64,000 nt of DNA, taken from Rhizophagus irregularis (lineage: Eukaryota). The notes beneath the pieces were generated by a model that ran no database searches, was not told the origin of the DNA, and worked only from the letters and a program-made list of their open reading frames with translations. Where the stretch lies: contig NC_089432.1 of assembly GCF_026210795.1 (NCBI RefSeq), forward strand, positions 4,774,001 through 4,838,000. The letters are read 5' to 3'. Shown here piece by piece: positions 51,646-64,000 of the stretch; positions within the stretch are counted from its first letter, which is position 1; the number at the start of each line of letters is the position of its first letter. Both the position numbers and the translations under genes were made by a program.

Positions 51646-52938
51646 TTTCGTAAAAGTATTTCTTTATCTGATATATCGAAAAATTTCTTTCCATTTATAT
51701 ATAGACATTAAAACAATATTATATTTAAATTTGATTATTTGAATTGTGATCGCAGCATAGTCACGCAATGTCAAGGTAGAGTATTTATCGATCACATTTC
51801 ATTTTTGTTGACCACATGAACCCAACATATTATAATAATATGCCACGTAAATTTGTCTAACCGTCCTTATCTATTTTAGGTTCGGTTCCGGACACCAAAC
51901 GGAACACTGCGGGTAAGAGCGTCAATTTGTTTTTAATTTTTATTTTATTTGATTTATTACTAAAATTCGAAGTATTATTCTTCTCAACATCATGATAATA
52001 TTATTTCAAATACAGTATTATGTAAGCATAATAACATTGATTATACTTTCTGCTAAAAAATTTCCCTTCCGTTCTTTTTCTTTCAAGGCAAATTAACTGC
52101 TTAATTAACCAAAGAAGTATTGTTAAAAAAAAACTAAATTTATGTGGAAACGGAGAATAATAATGAAATTTTATGAAATGAGGTAGAGGATAAAATTAAA
52201 GGAAATTTAGCGAAAATACAGTATGTGTAGAAAATAGTTCTTATTGAAATTTTTTAATGAAAGAGAGAAGCCAGATGAAATTTCACACAAAATACATGCG
52301 AAAGTGAAAATTAATGCGAAAATGAGGTAAGAAAAATGGAATGATATTAAACGAAATTTATTGAAAAATAATTCTAACTGAAATTTTTCTAATGAAAAAA
52401 AAAGAAAAAGGTAGTGAAACTGGATGAAATTTAATAATAAAATGAGGAACAACGAAATTTAACTTAAAAACACATAATATATAGACATACAGAGGTCAGC
52501 GCCAGCTTATTATTATGAAGAACAATGATGGCAAACGCAAAAACGTGACAAATTTTTTGCCCAATTTTATTATTTAAAATTATTTATTTATTACTAGATG
52601 CTAACGAACTATATTTAATTTTGTAGATATATTAATAATTAAATAGGACTAATAATGAAATTATGGTTTTGATGTATATGCGAAGTGTATATGTGGTCAC
52701 CGATTTCTGGATAGCATAAATAATCTATATAGTATAATAAGTCAAAAAAAAAAAATTGTTAAATTGATTCCAAACCTTCGTGAATCATATCCTACAAACT
52801 CTTTATATTTAATTTACCCATATAGAATGACATCTTATTTCTTTTAATCTACAAATCAGTAATACTAAATATAACATACTTCTAATATACTAGTATAACG
52901 AATTAACAATTGAAACACATTTTATAATTTTAATAATA

Positions 52939-55231
52939 TTATTGATTATTTTGAAGTACTTCTAACTTATTTTGTGCATATTGATAACCTTGTTTAGCAG
53001 ATTTTTCATACCAATAAATCGCTTTAACTATATCTTTTGTAATCCCTTTACCTTCTTCATATATCCTAGCAAGATTATATTGTGCTGTCACATATCCTAA
53101 ATTTGCTGATTTTTGATATAATTTAAACGCCTTTTGTGTATCAATTTTAGTTCCAATACCTATTTCATAACAATATCCTAATAAATTTATTCCACGTGGG
53201 TATCCTCCTTCAGCCGATTTTTTGAAAAATTCAAAAGCTTTATTATAATCTTTTTCAACATCATTTCCATTTTTATAACAATTACCAAGATAATACATAG
53301 CCATTATATTTCCATTATTAGCAGCTTTTTCATACCAATAAAAAGCTTTTTTTGAATCTTTTTTAACAGCTATTCCGTTTATATAAAAATAACCAATATC
53401 TAATTGACCATGTGTGAAATTATTATTGGCTGATTTTTCATAATATTCAAAAGCTAATTTATCATTTTTTGTAGTTCCTCTTCCATAATAATAACAACTA
53501 CCAGCAAAGTATTGTGCAAATTCATGATTTTTTTCTGATGCATCAAGAAGTAAATTAAATGCTTTCTCCATATTTTTACTTGTTCCAATTCCATAAAAAT
53601 TAAAATATCCAAGTAAAAAAATAGAATTTGAATTATTTTGATTACTTATTAACCAATTGTAAATTTCTTGTGAATTAATATTTTGATCATTAAAATATTC
53701 CATAGCTTTCTGCTTTAGAAACTGCCATTTAATTCTTTTATTTGCTAATTTAATTAAATAATCATTTATTTCATCAACTATTATATCAAAACCTTTTTCA
53801 AATGAAGCTTTCTCTCGTTCATTTGATACTGCTATAGGATCAGTTTCTATTATATTTATTTTGTTGAAATAATGAATTAGTTTTGATAATTCTCCTTGCG
53901 ATTCTTGATTGGTTGGGAATTGTTGATCTATTATTCCGTTCAACAAATCAATTACTTGATATATGGTTGGTCGATTATCTTGTTTACAATCCCAACATTC
54001 TAAAAAAATGCAGGAAACATGATTTAAGATTAATTAAATAATATTAAAATTAAATTTAAATTTAAAATATTACTTACTAGTATAAATTGTTACATATTCT
54101 TCAGGTGTGTCAGGAACAATAGTTTCTCTAAGACCATTTGAAATTTCCAAAATTAAACTAACATTATGTCGATCGTCTTCAGCATAAAAAGGTGGTCGCC
54201 CACTTGATATTTCCCATAATAATATTCCAAAACTGTAAACATCACTTTTTTCATTTAATGAATACATTTGCGTTGTTTGATTATTATCATTTCTTTGTCC
54301 GTTAAAGGTTTTTGGATCAACATAAGGAACCATCTCAAATAATTTGGATTGACAATTAGATGATGTTCTAATTCTTTTTGATAATCCAAAATCCGCCAAT
54401 TTGATCTTGTTTTGATGAACTAATACATTGCCAGAATGCTATTAAAAATGAATAAAATTAAATATATTAAAAATTAAGTAAATACAAATATAATATTATC
54501 AACAACAATGATTAAATGATAATAAATAAATTACCAGATCATGATGGACAATTCCCTCATTATGCAAGCATGATACAGCGCTAGCTAACTGGAATGCCAT
54601 AATGTATTTATCATTCCAAGTAAGCTTATCAAAGTTATTCTTCAAATAGTCTCGAAGATTACCACCGTCTGCACATTCCATTACCAGCATATAATTATAA
54701 TTATCATGATTTTCTAAAAGAAAATTTATATATATATATACATTGTTAGAAATGCATTTTTATGAGTAAAATTGAATATATTACATTTAAAATTTTTATA
54801 ATACCTGATTCGAATTTTGTTATTCCATGACAATACATAATATTATCACGAAGATCATTTAAACGTTGAATTTTTAACTAAATAAATAAATTTAAAATTT
54901 TGAAATAAATATACTAATAGACTAATAAAGACCGAAAAGACCGAAAAGACCGAAAAAAAAAAATTATTGTACACTAAATTACCTCACGAATAATTTCTTT
55001 CAGAGTGATATTGTTAAAATTAAAAAAAGATTTTATTGCAAATTGTTTTTCTAAATTTTTATCATAATTTGCACGGTATACTTTTCCAATACTTCCAACA
55101 CTAATTTGTTGAAAGTTACTAAATTTTTTGTATTCGTAAAATTTTAAATGTTTTTTAAAGATAGCTTCTTCAATCCAGTTAATAGATTCACTCGTATTTT
55201 CGGTATCTTGCATTTCGATATTGTCAGACAT
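52939..55231 (-). CDS. TKL kinase-Sel1 repeat protein, tandem copy A
   Basis: Same 5-exon structure as the 13447-15881 gene. Motifs SVGSIGKV, FAIK, HHDL|HSGN and DFG, then Sel1 repeats. Confidence 0.92.
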
Positions 55232-55892
55232 AATGAATAATAATTTATTTGTAAGAAAAAGTATTAAAAATTTTAGAATTGAAATGTCTAGTTGAAAATT
55301 TTATTGTGTAAACTGCTTACGCAATATATTCTCCGCCCATAGTTACACAACGCCCATTAGCATCATTAAACGCAGTCACACAGTACTACAGTTAATAACA
55401 CATTCCGAAAATAATAATAATATAGTAATTTCCATATACTATATATATTGTCTCATTTTGCCGATCAATTAGCACAAATTAATATTTTAAAAAATAGTAC
55501 TATCAATTATTTTAAGTCAATCCCAACGACGAGACTGTAACCCAAGGTCACGGTACTTCATATTTGTTTCCCGCAGCTACTAACAATATAGAAAAATATA
55601 TATACTGTATATTGCAAATCGGCAAATCATTATTTTCTTTCACTTCGGCGAAATGATTCCAAATTATCACAAGTCTTGTAGTTCTAGAACGACATTAGTA
55701 AAAATATATACATTCAGTTAATAATAAAAATATACTCGTTAAAGAATAATTATCATTAAAATTTTAATAAGTCTTTTATTTGTAAATTAAAAAAAGTAAA
55801 TAATAATAAATACATGTATATCAAATTAAAAAAAAAATATATAATGCAGTATAGCAAATTTAATTGATTTAAATATCAAGAATCGAAAGAAT

Positions 55893-58222
55893 TTAAGAAT
55901 TTAATAATTTTTCTAATTTATATTTCGCATCTTGATACCCTTGTTTGGAAGATTTACCATACCAATAAATCGCTTTATCTATATCTTTTATAATTCCATC
56001 CCCATGTTTATACATATTACCGAGATTATACTGTGCTACCATACTTCCTAAATTTGCTGAATTTTGATATAATTCAAATGATTTTTGTTTGTCAATTTTA
56101 GTTCCAATACCTTTATGATAACAATATCCTAACATTGTTATTCCATTTGAATATGAATATTCTCCTTCAGTTGATTTCTTGAACATTTTAAAAGCTTTAT
56201 TATAATCTTTTTCAACACCATCTCCCCTTAAATAACATCCACCTAAATTATGCATAGCTATTATATTTCCATTATTTGAAGCTTTTTTGTACCAATAAAG
56301 AGCTTTTTTTAAATCTTTTTCAATGCCTATTCCATATTTATAACAATAACCAGTATCTAATTGTCCATTTGTAAAATTTTTATTAGCAGATTTTTTATAA
56401 TATTCAAAAGCTAATTGATCGTTTTTTATGGTTCCATTTCCATGTCTATAACAATTTCCAACAAAATATCTTGCGAATATATGATTTTTTGATGCATCAA
56501 CAAATAAATTAAATGCTTTTTTATAATCACGTTTTACACCAATTCCATAAAAATTAAAATAGCCAAATAAAAAAATAGAATTTGAATTGTTTTGATTATT
56601 CAATAACCAATTATACATTTCTTGCAAATCAATATTGTAATTAACAAAATAATCAATAATTTGTCGCTTTAACATCTGCCATTCAATTCCTCTATTTACA
56701 AGTTTAATAATATAATCATTTACTTCATCTATTATGTCAAAACCTTTTTCAAATAAAACTTTTTCTCGTTCATTTGATAATATTGTAGGATCAATTTCTT
56801 GTATATTTATTTTATTAAAGTTTTGAATAAATTGAGATATTTCTCTTTGTGATTCTAGATTCTCATTAAGTTCTTGCTTGCTTGAGAATTGAGTATTTTG
56901 TGTTACAACTGTATTTGAAATGATTTCTTTCAACCAATTAACTACTTGATATATAGTTGGTCGATTATCTGGCTCATTATCCCAACATTCTAAATAAAAA
57001 TAAATAAATTTATAATTAACTAAATAATATTCAAATTGTCATTAAATTTAAAATTTTACTTACTAGTATAAATTTTTATGTAATCTTCAGGTGTGTCAGG
57101 AACAATAGTTTCTCTAAGACCATTTGAAATTTCCAAAATTAAACTAACATTATGTCGATCGTCTTCAGCATAAAAAGGAGGTCGCCCACTTGATATTTCC
57201 CATAATAATACTCCAACACTGTAAGCGTCACTTTTTTCATTTAATAAATACATTTGCGTTGTTTGATTATTATCATTTCTTTGTCCGTTTACTCCGTTAA
57301 AGGTTTTTGGATCAACATAAGGAACCATCTCAAATAATTTGGATTGACAATTAGATGATGTTCTAATTCTTTTTGATAATCCAAAATCTGCCAACTTGAT
57401 CTTGTTTTGATGAACTAATATATTGCCAGAATGCTATTAAAAAGGAATAAAATTGAATATATTAAAAATTAAGTAAATACAAATATAATATTATCAACAA
57501 CAATGATTAAATAATAATAAATAAATTACCAGATCATGATGGACAATTCCCTCATTATGCAAGCATGATACGGCGCTAGCTAACTGGAATGCCATAAGGC
57601 ATTTATCATTCCAAGTAAGCTTATCAAAGTTATTCTTCAAATAGTCTCGAAGATTACCACCGTCTGCACATTCCATTACCAACATATAATTATAATTATC
57701 ATAATTTTCTGAAAGAAAAAGTTACATATATTTATATATTATTAGAAATGCATTTTTATGAGTAAAATTCAATATATTGCATTTAAAATTTTTATAATAC
57801 CTGATTCGAATTTTGTTATTCCATAACAATACATAATATTATCACGAAGATCATTTACACGTTGGATTTTTAACTAAATAAATAAATTCAAAATTTTGAA
57901 ATAAATATACTAATAGACTAATAAAGACCGAAAAGACCGAATAAAAAAAAAAAATTATTGTACACTAAATTACCTCACGAATAATTTCTTTCAGAGTGAT
58001 ATTGTTAAAATTAAAAAAAGATTTTATTGCAAATTGTTTTTCTAAATTTTTATCATAATTTGCACGGTATACTTTTCCAATACTTCCAACACTAATTTGT
58101 TGAAAGTTACTAAATTTTTTGTATTCGTAAAATTTTAAATGTTTTTTAAAGATAGCTTCTTCAATCCAGTTAATAGATTCACTCATATTTTCGGTATCTT
58201 GCTTTTCGATATTGTCAGACAT
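55893..58222 (-). CDS. TKL kinase-Sel1 repeat protein, tandem copy B (chimeric)
   Basis: 5 exons. The kinase exons are nearly identical to copy A and the Sel1 exon is nearly identical to copy C. Confidence 0.92.
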
Positions 58223-58952
58223 AATGAATAATAATTTATTTAATTTATTTGCAAAAAAAAAGTATTAAAAATTTTAGAATTGAGTTGAAAATTTTATTGT
58301 GTAAACGACTTACGCAATATATTCTCCGGTCATAGTTACACAACGCCCATTAGCATCACCGAAAATCATTAAACGCAGTCACACAGTACTACAGTCAATA
58401 ACACATTCTGACAATAATAACAATAATAAAGTAATTTCCATTTACTATATATATTTTCTCATTTTTTAACCACTACGTATGTATATTATGACTTTTTGCC
58501 AAACTAAAGGGGATTAGAACTATGCCGATCAATTAGCTGGTGCACAAATTAAAATTTTAAAAAATAGTACTATCAATTAATCCCAACAACGAGACTGTAA
58601 CCCAAGGTCACGGTACTTCATATTTATTTCCCGCAGCTACTAACAAAATAGGAAAATATATATACTGTATATCGCAAATCGGCAAATCATTATTTTCTTT
58701 CACTTCGGCGAAATGATTCCAAATTATCACAAGTCTTGTAGTTCTAGAACGACATTAGTAAAAATATATACATTCAGTTAATAATAAAAATATACTCGTT
58801 AAAGAATAATTATCATTAAAATTTTAATAAGTCTTTTATTTGTAAATTAAAAAAAATAAATAATAATAAATACATGTATATCAAATTTAAAAAAAAAAAT
58901 ATAATGCAGTATAGCAAATTTAATTGATTTAAATATCAAGAATCGAAAGAAT

Positions 58953-61247
58953 TTAAGAATTTAATAATTTTTCTAATTTGTATTTCGCATCTTGATACCC
59001 TTGTTTGGAAGATTTACCATACCAATAAATCGCTTTATCTATATCTTTTATAATTCCATCCCCATGTTTATACATATTACCGAGATTATACTGTGCTACC
59101 ATACTTCCTAAATTTGCTGAATTTTGATATAATTCAAATGATTTTTGTTTGTCAATTTTAGTTCCAATACCTTTATAATAACAATATCCTAACATCATTA
59201 TTCCACCTGAATATCCTCCCTCAGCTGATTGTTTAAACAATTCAAAAGATTTATTGTAATCTTTTTCAACACCTTCTCCATTTAAATAACTTCTACCTAA
59301 ATTACACATGGCCATTGTATTTCCATTATTTGCAGCTTTTTCATACCAATAAAGAGCTTTTTTTAAATCTTTTTCAATACCTATTCCATATTTATAACAA
59401 TAACCAGTATCTAATTGTCCATTTGTAAAATTTTTATTAGCAGATTTTTTATAATATTCAAAAGCTAATTGATTATTTTTTATGGTTCCATTTCCATGTC
59501 TATAACAATTTCCAACAAAATATCTTGCGAATATATGATTTTTTGATGCATCAACAAATAAATTAAATGCTTTCTTATAATCACGTTTTACTCCAATTCC
59601 ATAAAAATTAAAATAGCCAAATAAAAAAATAGAATTTGAATTGTTTTGATTATTCAATAACCAATTATACATTTCTTGCAAATCAATATTGTAATTAACA
59701 AAATAATCAATAATTTGTCGCTTTAACATCTGCCATTCAATTCCTCTATTTACAAGTTTAATAATATAATCATTTACTTCATCTATTATGTCAAAACCTT
59801 TTACAAATAAAACTTTTTCCCGTTCATTTGATAATATTATAGGATCAATTTCTTGTATATTTATTTTATCAAAGTTTTGAATAAATTGAGATATTTCTCT
59901 TTGTGATTCTAGATTCTCATTAAGTTCTTTCTTGCTTGAGAATTGAGTATTTTGTGTTACAACCGCATTTGAAATGATTTCTTTCAACCAATTAACTACT
60001 TGATATATAGTTGGTCGATTATCTGGCTCATTATCCCAACATTCTAAATAAAAATAAATAAATTTATGATTAACTAAATAATATTCAAATTGTCATTAAA
60101 TTTAAGATTTTTACTTACTAGTATAAATTTTTATGTAATCTTCAGGTGTGTCAGGAATAATAGTTTCTCTAAGACCATTTGAAATTTCCAAAATTAAATT
60201 AACATTATATCGATCGTAAAAAGGACGTCGCCCACTTGATATTTCCCATAATAATACTCCAATACTGTAAACATCACTTTTTTCATTTAGTGTATTTAGT
60301 GTATATATTTGTGTTGTTTGGTTATTATCATTTCTTTGTCCGTTAAAGGTTTTTGGATCAACATAAGGAATCATCCCAAATAATTTGGATTGAAAATTAG
60401 ATGATGCTCTAATTCTTTTTGATAATCCAAAATCTGCCAATTTGATTTTGTTTTGATGAACTAATACATTGCCAGAATGCTATTAAAAATGAATAAAAAT
60501 GGATATATTAAAATTAAGTAAATATAAATATAACATTATCAACAATGATTAATGATTATAAATAAATTACCAGATCACAATGAACAATCCCCATATTATA
60601 TAAGCATGATACAGCGCAAGCTAGCTGGTATGCCATAAGGTATTTATCACTCCAAGCAAGTTTACTGAAGTTATTCTTCAAATAGTCTCGAAGACTACCA
60701 CCGTCTGCACATTCCATTACCAACATATAATTATAATTATTATCATGATTTTCTAAAAGAAATATATATATATATATATATTATTGTTAGAAATGTATTT
60801 TTATTAGTAAAATTCAATATATTATGTTTAAAATTTTTATAATACCTGATTCGAATTTTGTTATTCCATGACAATACATAATTTTATCGCGAACATCAAC
60901 TTCACGTTGAATTTTTAACTAAATAAATAAATTCAAAATTTTAAAATAAATATGCTAATAGACCGAATAAAAAAAACTTATTATATATATTAAATTACCT
61001 CACGAATAATTTCTTTCAGAGTGATATTGTTAAAATTATAAAATGATTTTATTGCAAATTGTTTTTCTGAATTTTTCCAATTTGCACGGTATGCTTTTCC
61101 AGAACTCCCAGAACCAATTTGTTGAAAGTTACTAAATTGTTCGTATTCGTAAAATTTTAAATGCTCTTTAACGATGGCTTCTTCAATCAAGTTAGTAATA
61201 GATTCATTCATATTTTCGGTATTTTGCATTCCGATATTGTCAGACAT
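58953..61247 (-). CDS. TKL kinase-Sel1 repeat protein, tandem copy C
   Basis: 5 exons. Motifs GSGSSGKA, FAIK, HCDL|HSGN and DFG, then Sel1 repeats. Confidence 0.92.
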
Positions 61248-61799
61248 AATGAATAATGTTATTTGACAGAAAAGGTATTAAAATAATAGGATTGAACGGT
61301 CAACATTATTGTGCAAAATATTTATGCGGAATAATTATGTTTCGATTATAGTTGCACAGCGCCACTAGTATCACCAAACAAAAAAGGATTATTAGACGCA
61401 GTAGACGCAGTACTGCAGTAATGACGTATCAGCGATCGTATCACGAAAATAATAATAATCAAATTTTAACGCTGAAAATATTACCAATCATCATTTTAAG
61501 TTCGAACTTATACCATATAAATTGTTCTTATTTTTTAGATCACATTGGGCAACGTATGTATATTATGAATTTTTGCAAACCTTAAACCTTTAACAAGTTA
61601 ATAAACTAGTAGGAGATTAGGGGACTATGTCGATCATCTGGCTGGGTGGAGAGACTATTCATTATTATATACTATCGTCGTTCATGATCTTTTCTTTCAT
61701 ATATTCTGTATTACTGATATACTGTACTAATGAAAAATAAACATTAATTATTTCATGTCGATTAATTTTTTCAGAATAAAATGATTTAAAATCTTCACA

Positions 61800-62152
61800 A
61801 CATTGATGAAAAGTATATACATTCAGTTAATAATAAAAATATACTTGCTAAGAATAATTATTAATATTTTTATGTCTTTTATTTATTACATTTTGTAAAT
61901 TAAAAGAAAATATAATACAGTGTAGCAAATTAAATTGATTTAAATACTAAGTAATAGAAACTGTTGGAGCCCGAAGCGTTATAATCACATGTCACATGAT
62001 CATTATTAATGTATGGATAATATAAAAGTAAATAAAAAGCCTTTTCTAAATCTTTTTTAATACTTATTCCAATGTTCATAAAGACAACCAACTTCTGATT
62101 GTCCATGCGAGAAATTATTATTAGCAGATTTTTCATAATATTCAAAAGCTAA
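61800..62152 (-). pseudogene. Relic of a fourth kinase-Sel1 copy (Sel1 fragment plus 3' flank)
   Basis: LAFEYYEKSANNNFSHGQSEVGCLYE/(frameshift)IGISIKKDLEKAFY. The adjacent tatatacattcagttaataataaaaatatact...tagcaaatt matches the 3' flanks of copies B and C. Confidence 0.75.
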
Positions 62153-62994
62153 TTTAATATATTGGCACTTTAAGAATATGCATCTTACACGATGAATTTT
62201 TAATTTAATAAATTATTTTAATACCAGATCATACAAAATTTGTGTTCTTTTGTTTTGCTGAAATCAATCAATATATTATAGATTACTATACATTAAACGC
62301 GTAAAATTAATAAATTTATAAATTTTTAATAATCAACATAAATTTTATTAAATAAATAGTTCTTTTTTAAAATCATAATATTGACCATAAAGAAATGACT
62401 TATAAAAGTAAAACATTACCACAATAGAAACTTTTAGAAAAAATAAGTCTATATATATAAGCGTCACAAAGTTATAACTAAGAAACCAATAGAATACTTA
62501 TTTGCCCTTTCACAAAAAAAAAAGTTTCTCATTCGCTACTTTATACGAAGGTTTTTCAAAAAAGTATTTTATTTAATATACAAAATTCGTGTTCCTATTT
62601 GCCATATTGATCATATGAAATTACCGTATGCCTTTTCATCTCGAAAAAAAAAAAAATGAATTTTAGTTAACTTGATCTAATTACCTTAAGTATTAACCAA
62701 ACTATTTATTACGCATAAAATGATATAATCAAATGAAATTTCACTAAGAATTTGTAACAATTATCATTGAGCAAAGATACATTGAGCGGAATATTTGCAG
62801 TTGCAAATATACTTACTGTATTACAGTTTTATGTTTAAAATCTTTATTTATATAGAATATTCTTAAATATAAAATCCAATAAATCTATATGTACTATATA
62901 CTATAAAAATTTATAAAGTATAAATGAAAAAAAAATAAAAGTAAACTAACTTCAATACACGAATTAATATTCAACTTTCACATAAAAAGAAACT

Positions 62995-64000
62995 TCATTC
63001 AATATTATGTTCACTATCTTGATAAATTTCATTTAGTTCTATAAAAAATAATAAATTAGATATAGAATATTAATAAAATTACAAATAGTAATAACTTACC
63101 TAATTCACTTAATTGAACATCTAAGCATTCTGAAACTGAATATTACATATTTATAATATTTAAACGTTAATAAATTTAAATAAATAATTATAGTAATAAA
63201 GGGAATACTTACTTGGATTTGTTGATGTTGATTGAGCAGTATAATTAGTGTCTATTAAAAAATAAAAATAACATTAATGTAAAATGGATTATATGATAAA
63301 ACAAATTAAATTTAATTACCTGAACTGAATTGAAAAGATGATAAATCTGAAGAATTTACTGGTTTTGGAAGATTTTTGAAACTTAAAAGTCTACTAGTAT
63401 AAATTGCTTGCGGATGCGTTTTGAAGCTTTTGGATTCATCTTCATTTGACCTGTTTTTGAATTTTTCTTCTCTAATTTTATTATATTCTTCTATTTGAAA
63501 ACGAATTTCACTATTTTTGACACTGGAATACAAATCATCTAGTGTTTGATACAACTCTTTAGTGGTTGGTCTATTTTTTATTTCAGCATCCCAACATTTT
63601 ATTATTAAATCTGCAAGTAACTTTGGTATGTCTTTAGAAATTGTTGGTCTAAGTCCTTTACATATTTTAATAGCTAAAAATTCATTATGAGGGATATCAT
63701 TAAAAGGAATTTCTTCAGAAAGAAATTCGTTCATTATTATTCCAAATGAGTAAATATCTGCTGCTTTTGTATATTGTTGTCCACGTAAAACTTCTGGTGC
63801 CATATATGGTAATACTCCATAAATTCCTTCTTCTTTAACTGTTTGCTTTGTATTTGCTGGTTGACACATTCCTAAATCACTTATATATGGAGCAATTTCA
63901 AATAATATATTGCCTGAATGAAAATCTTTGTGAACTCTTTCAGCATTATGAATATCTAAAAGTCCTCTTGCAATTTGTCGTAATTGATCATTTTTTAAAT
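62995..64000 (-). CDS. TKL kinase, 3' part (5' end beyond the window)
   Basis: IARGLLDIHNAERVHKDFHSGNIL...SDLGMCQP...GVLPYMAPE...ADIYSFG...CWD...RPT...HPQAIYTSRLL, followed by small 3' exons ending in TGA at 62997-62995. Confidence 0.9.

Overview
Very AT-rich eukaryotic DNA with short GT-AG introns. Its gene content (tyrosine-kinase-like [TKL] kinases fused to Sel1-like repeats, stand-alone TKL kinases, an F-box/LRR gene, many MITEs and decayed transposons) is typical of an arbuscular mycorrhizal fungus (Glomeromycotina, Rhizophagus-like); this assignment is an inference. The window holds four kinase-Sel1 genes, three of them in a tandem array whose middle copy looks like an unequal-crossover chimera. 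It also holds further TKL kinases and pseudogenes, all on the minus strand, and nested DNA transposons with verifiable target-site duplications. The most notable feature is missing from the ORF track: a 33-codon plus-strand ORF at 34098-34199 (MNPTTITSKPIVIVASEITEKPDGNPTNSCSIM*). It has a TATA box, an A-rich leader and a C-terminal CaaX box (CSIM), which is the architecture of a farnesylated a-factor/basidiomycete-type lipopeptide pheromone precursor. All calls come from manual reading and translation; no database searches were run.
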